Shown here one piece after another: positions 62,913 to 64,000 of a stretch of 64,000 nucleotides of DNA. Where the stretch lies: NCBI GenBank assembly GCA_024137785.1, contig JAHRHZ010000034.1:21708082-21772081 (forward strand). Reading direction: 5' to 3'. Source of the stretch: Ginglymostoma cirratum (Eukaryota). Numbering within the stretch: the stretch's first letter is position 1; the number at the start of each line of letters is the position of its first letter. The notes beneath the pieces were generated by a model that was not told the DNA's origin, did not search any database, and worked only from the letters and a program-made list of their open reading frames with translations. Both the position numbers and the translations under genes were made by a program.

Positions 62913-63389
62913 AACAAAGAACAAAGTATAAAGAAAATTACACTACAGGAACAGGTCCTTCGGCCCTCCAAGCCTGCATCGACATGCTGACCGTCACAAC
63001 TAAAACCCCTTACCCTTCCCGGGGACTGTATCCCTCTATTCCCATCCTATTCATGTATTTGTCAAGATTCTCTTTAAAAGTCACTATAGTATCTGCCTCC
63101 ATTACCTCCCCCGGCAGCGAGTTCCAGGCACCCACCACCCTCTGTGTAAAAAACTTGCCTTGTACATCACTCTTAAACCTTGCCCCTCGCATCTTAAACC
63201 TATGCCCCCTAGTAACTGACTCTTCCACCCTGGGAGAAAGTTCCTGACTGACCATTCTGTCCATGCCCTTCATAATCTTGTAGACCTCTATCACGTCGCC
63301 CCTCAACCTCTGTTATTCCAGTGAGAACAACTGAAGTTTTTCCAACCTCTCTTCATAGATAATGCCCTCCATACCAGGCAACATTCTGG
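62913..63389 (-). mobile_element. Young CR1 3' fragment
   Basis: MRGDVIEVYKIMKGMD..GKFFTQRVVGAWNSLPGEV; tail aacaaagaacaaag. Confidence 0.92.
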
Positions 63390-63589
63390 TTTTATGGGCT
63401 ACGAGTTTTATACAGCCTCAGTGCATAACGGGAATAGGAAATCTTGTTGCTACTGGCTGACAATGTGACTGTTTTGGACAATGACTGTTTAGATGCAATT
63501 GTTTTGGTTTTGAAGAATTTTTTTGATGAAATGTGTAAAATTAATGCTGATATCTTAATGTAGATGGAATAAAAATGCCATGATTATTC

Positions 63590-63990
63590 TCCTTCAAACA
63601 GAAAGAGTTAGGGTGGGAATTAATAGAGGTATTTAAAATGATGAGGAGTTTATAAGAATCTGGTGGGAGAAGCTACTTCCACAGCAAGAGTCAGTAGCAA
63701 GAGACAATGACAAGGCTGGCAGGGCCAGATACACAATTGGTTAGAGACACAATTGTGTGACAACTGCAAAAGGATCTGATGAGAGTTTTCTGCTTAATCC
63801 ACATGTTATAATGGCCTGGAATACAATACATGATCAAAGGTTTTAGAAGGAAGATTTAATCGTAACTTTCAAATGAGAAATAGACAACAATTGAAGGTGA
63901 AAAAATGCAAGGTTATGTGAAAGGGAATGGAGTGGGATTATTTGGACACCTGTTTCAAATAGTCTGCATGTGTATGATGCGCAACATTTT
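63590..63990 (+). mobile_element. Old CR1 fragment
   Basis: ttaatagaggtatttaaaatgatgagg and tggcctggaatac motifs. Confidence 0.65.
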
Positions 63991-64000
63991 TCTAATAGCA

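Noticed and set aside
1-64000. CRISPR array, rRNA or prokaryotic operon
   Set aside because: No regularly spaced direct repeats or rRNA signatures; the sequence is vertebrate repeat-rich DNA.

Overview
Eukaryotic, repeat-dense, AT-rich vertebrate DNA. It is most likely a shark or other elasmobranch, inferred from HE1/V-SINE and DeuSINE-type SINEs and dense CR1 LINE fragments. I cannot support any intact host protein-coding gene, so it looks intronic or intergenic. Almost every ORF in the track is a retroelement fragment or a chance ORF. The window contains many CR1 LINE pieces (one young 1.6-kb copy with a single stop in its RT ORF), a second LINE family with a tail-sharing tRNA-SINE, L2 and Rex1-like relics, PIF/Harbinger Myb-gene relics, a Tigger-like MITE and several homeodomain-motif-rich, enhancer-like islands. 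A 400-N assembly gap lies at 30241-30640. The most striking system is a Penelope-like retroelement family whose termini carry minimal hammerhead-ribozyme cores. It occurs both as coding relics (RT/GIY-YIG) and as tiny fold-back insertions with 13-16 bp target-site duplications. All calls are from reading by eye, and boundaries of old repeats are approximate.
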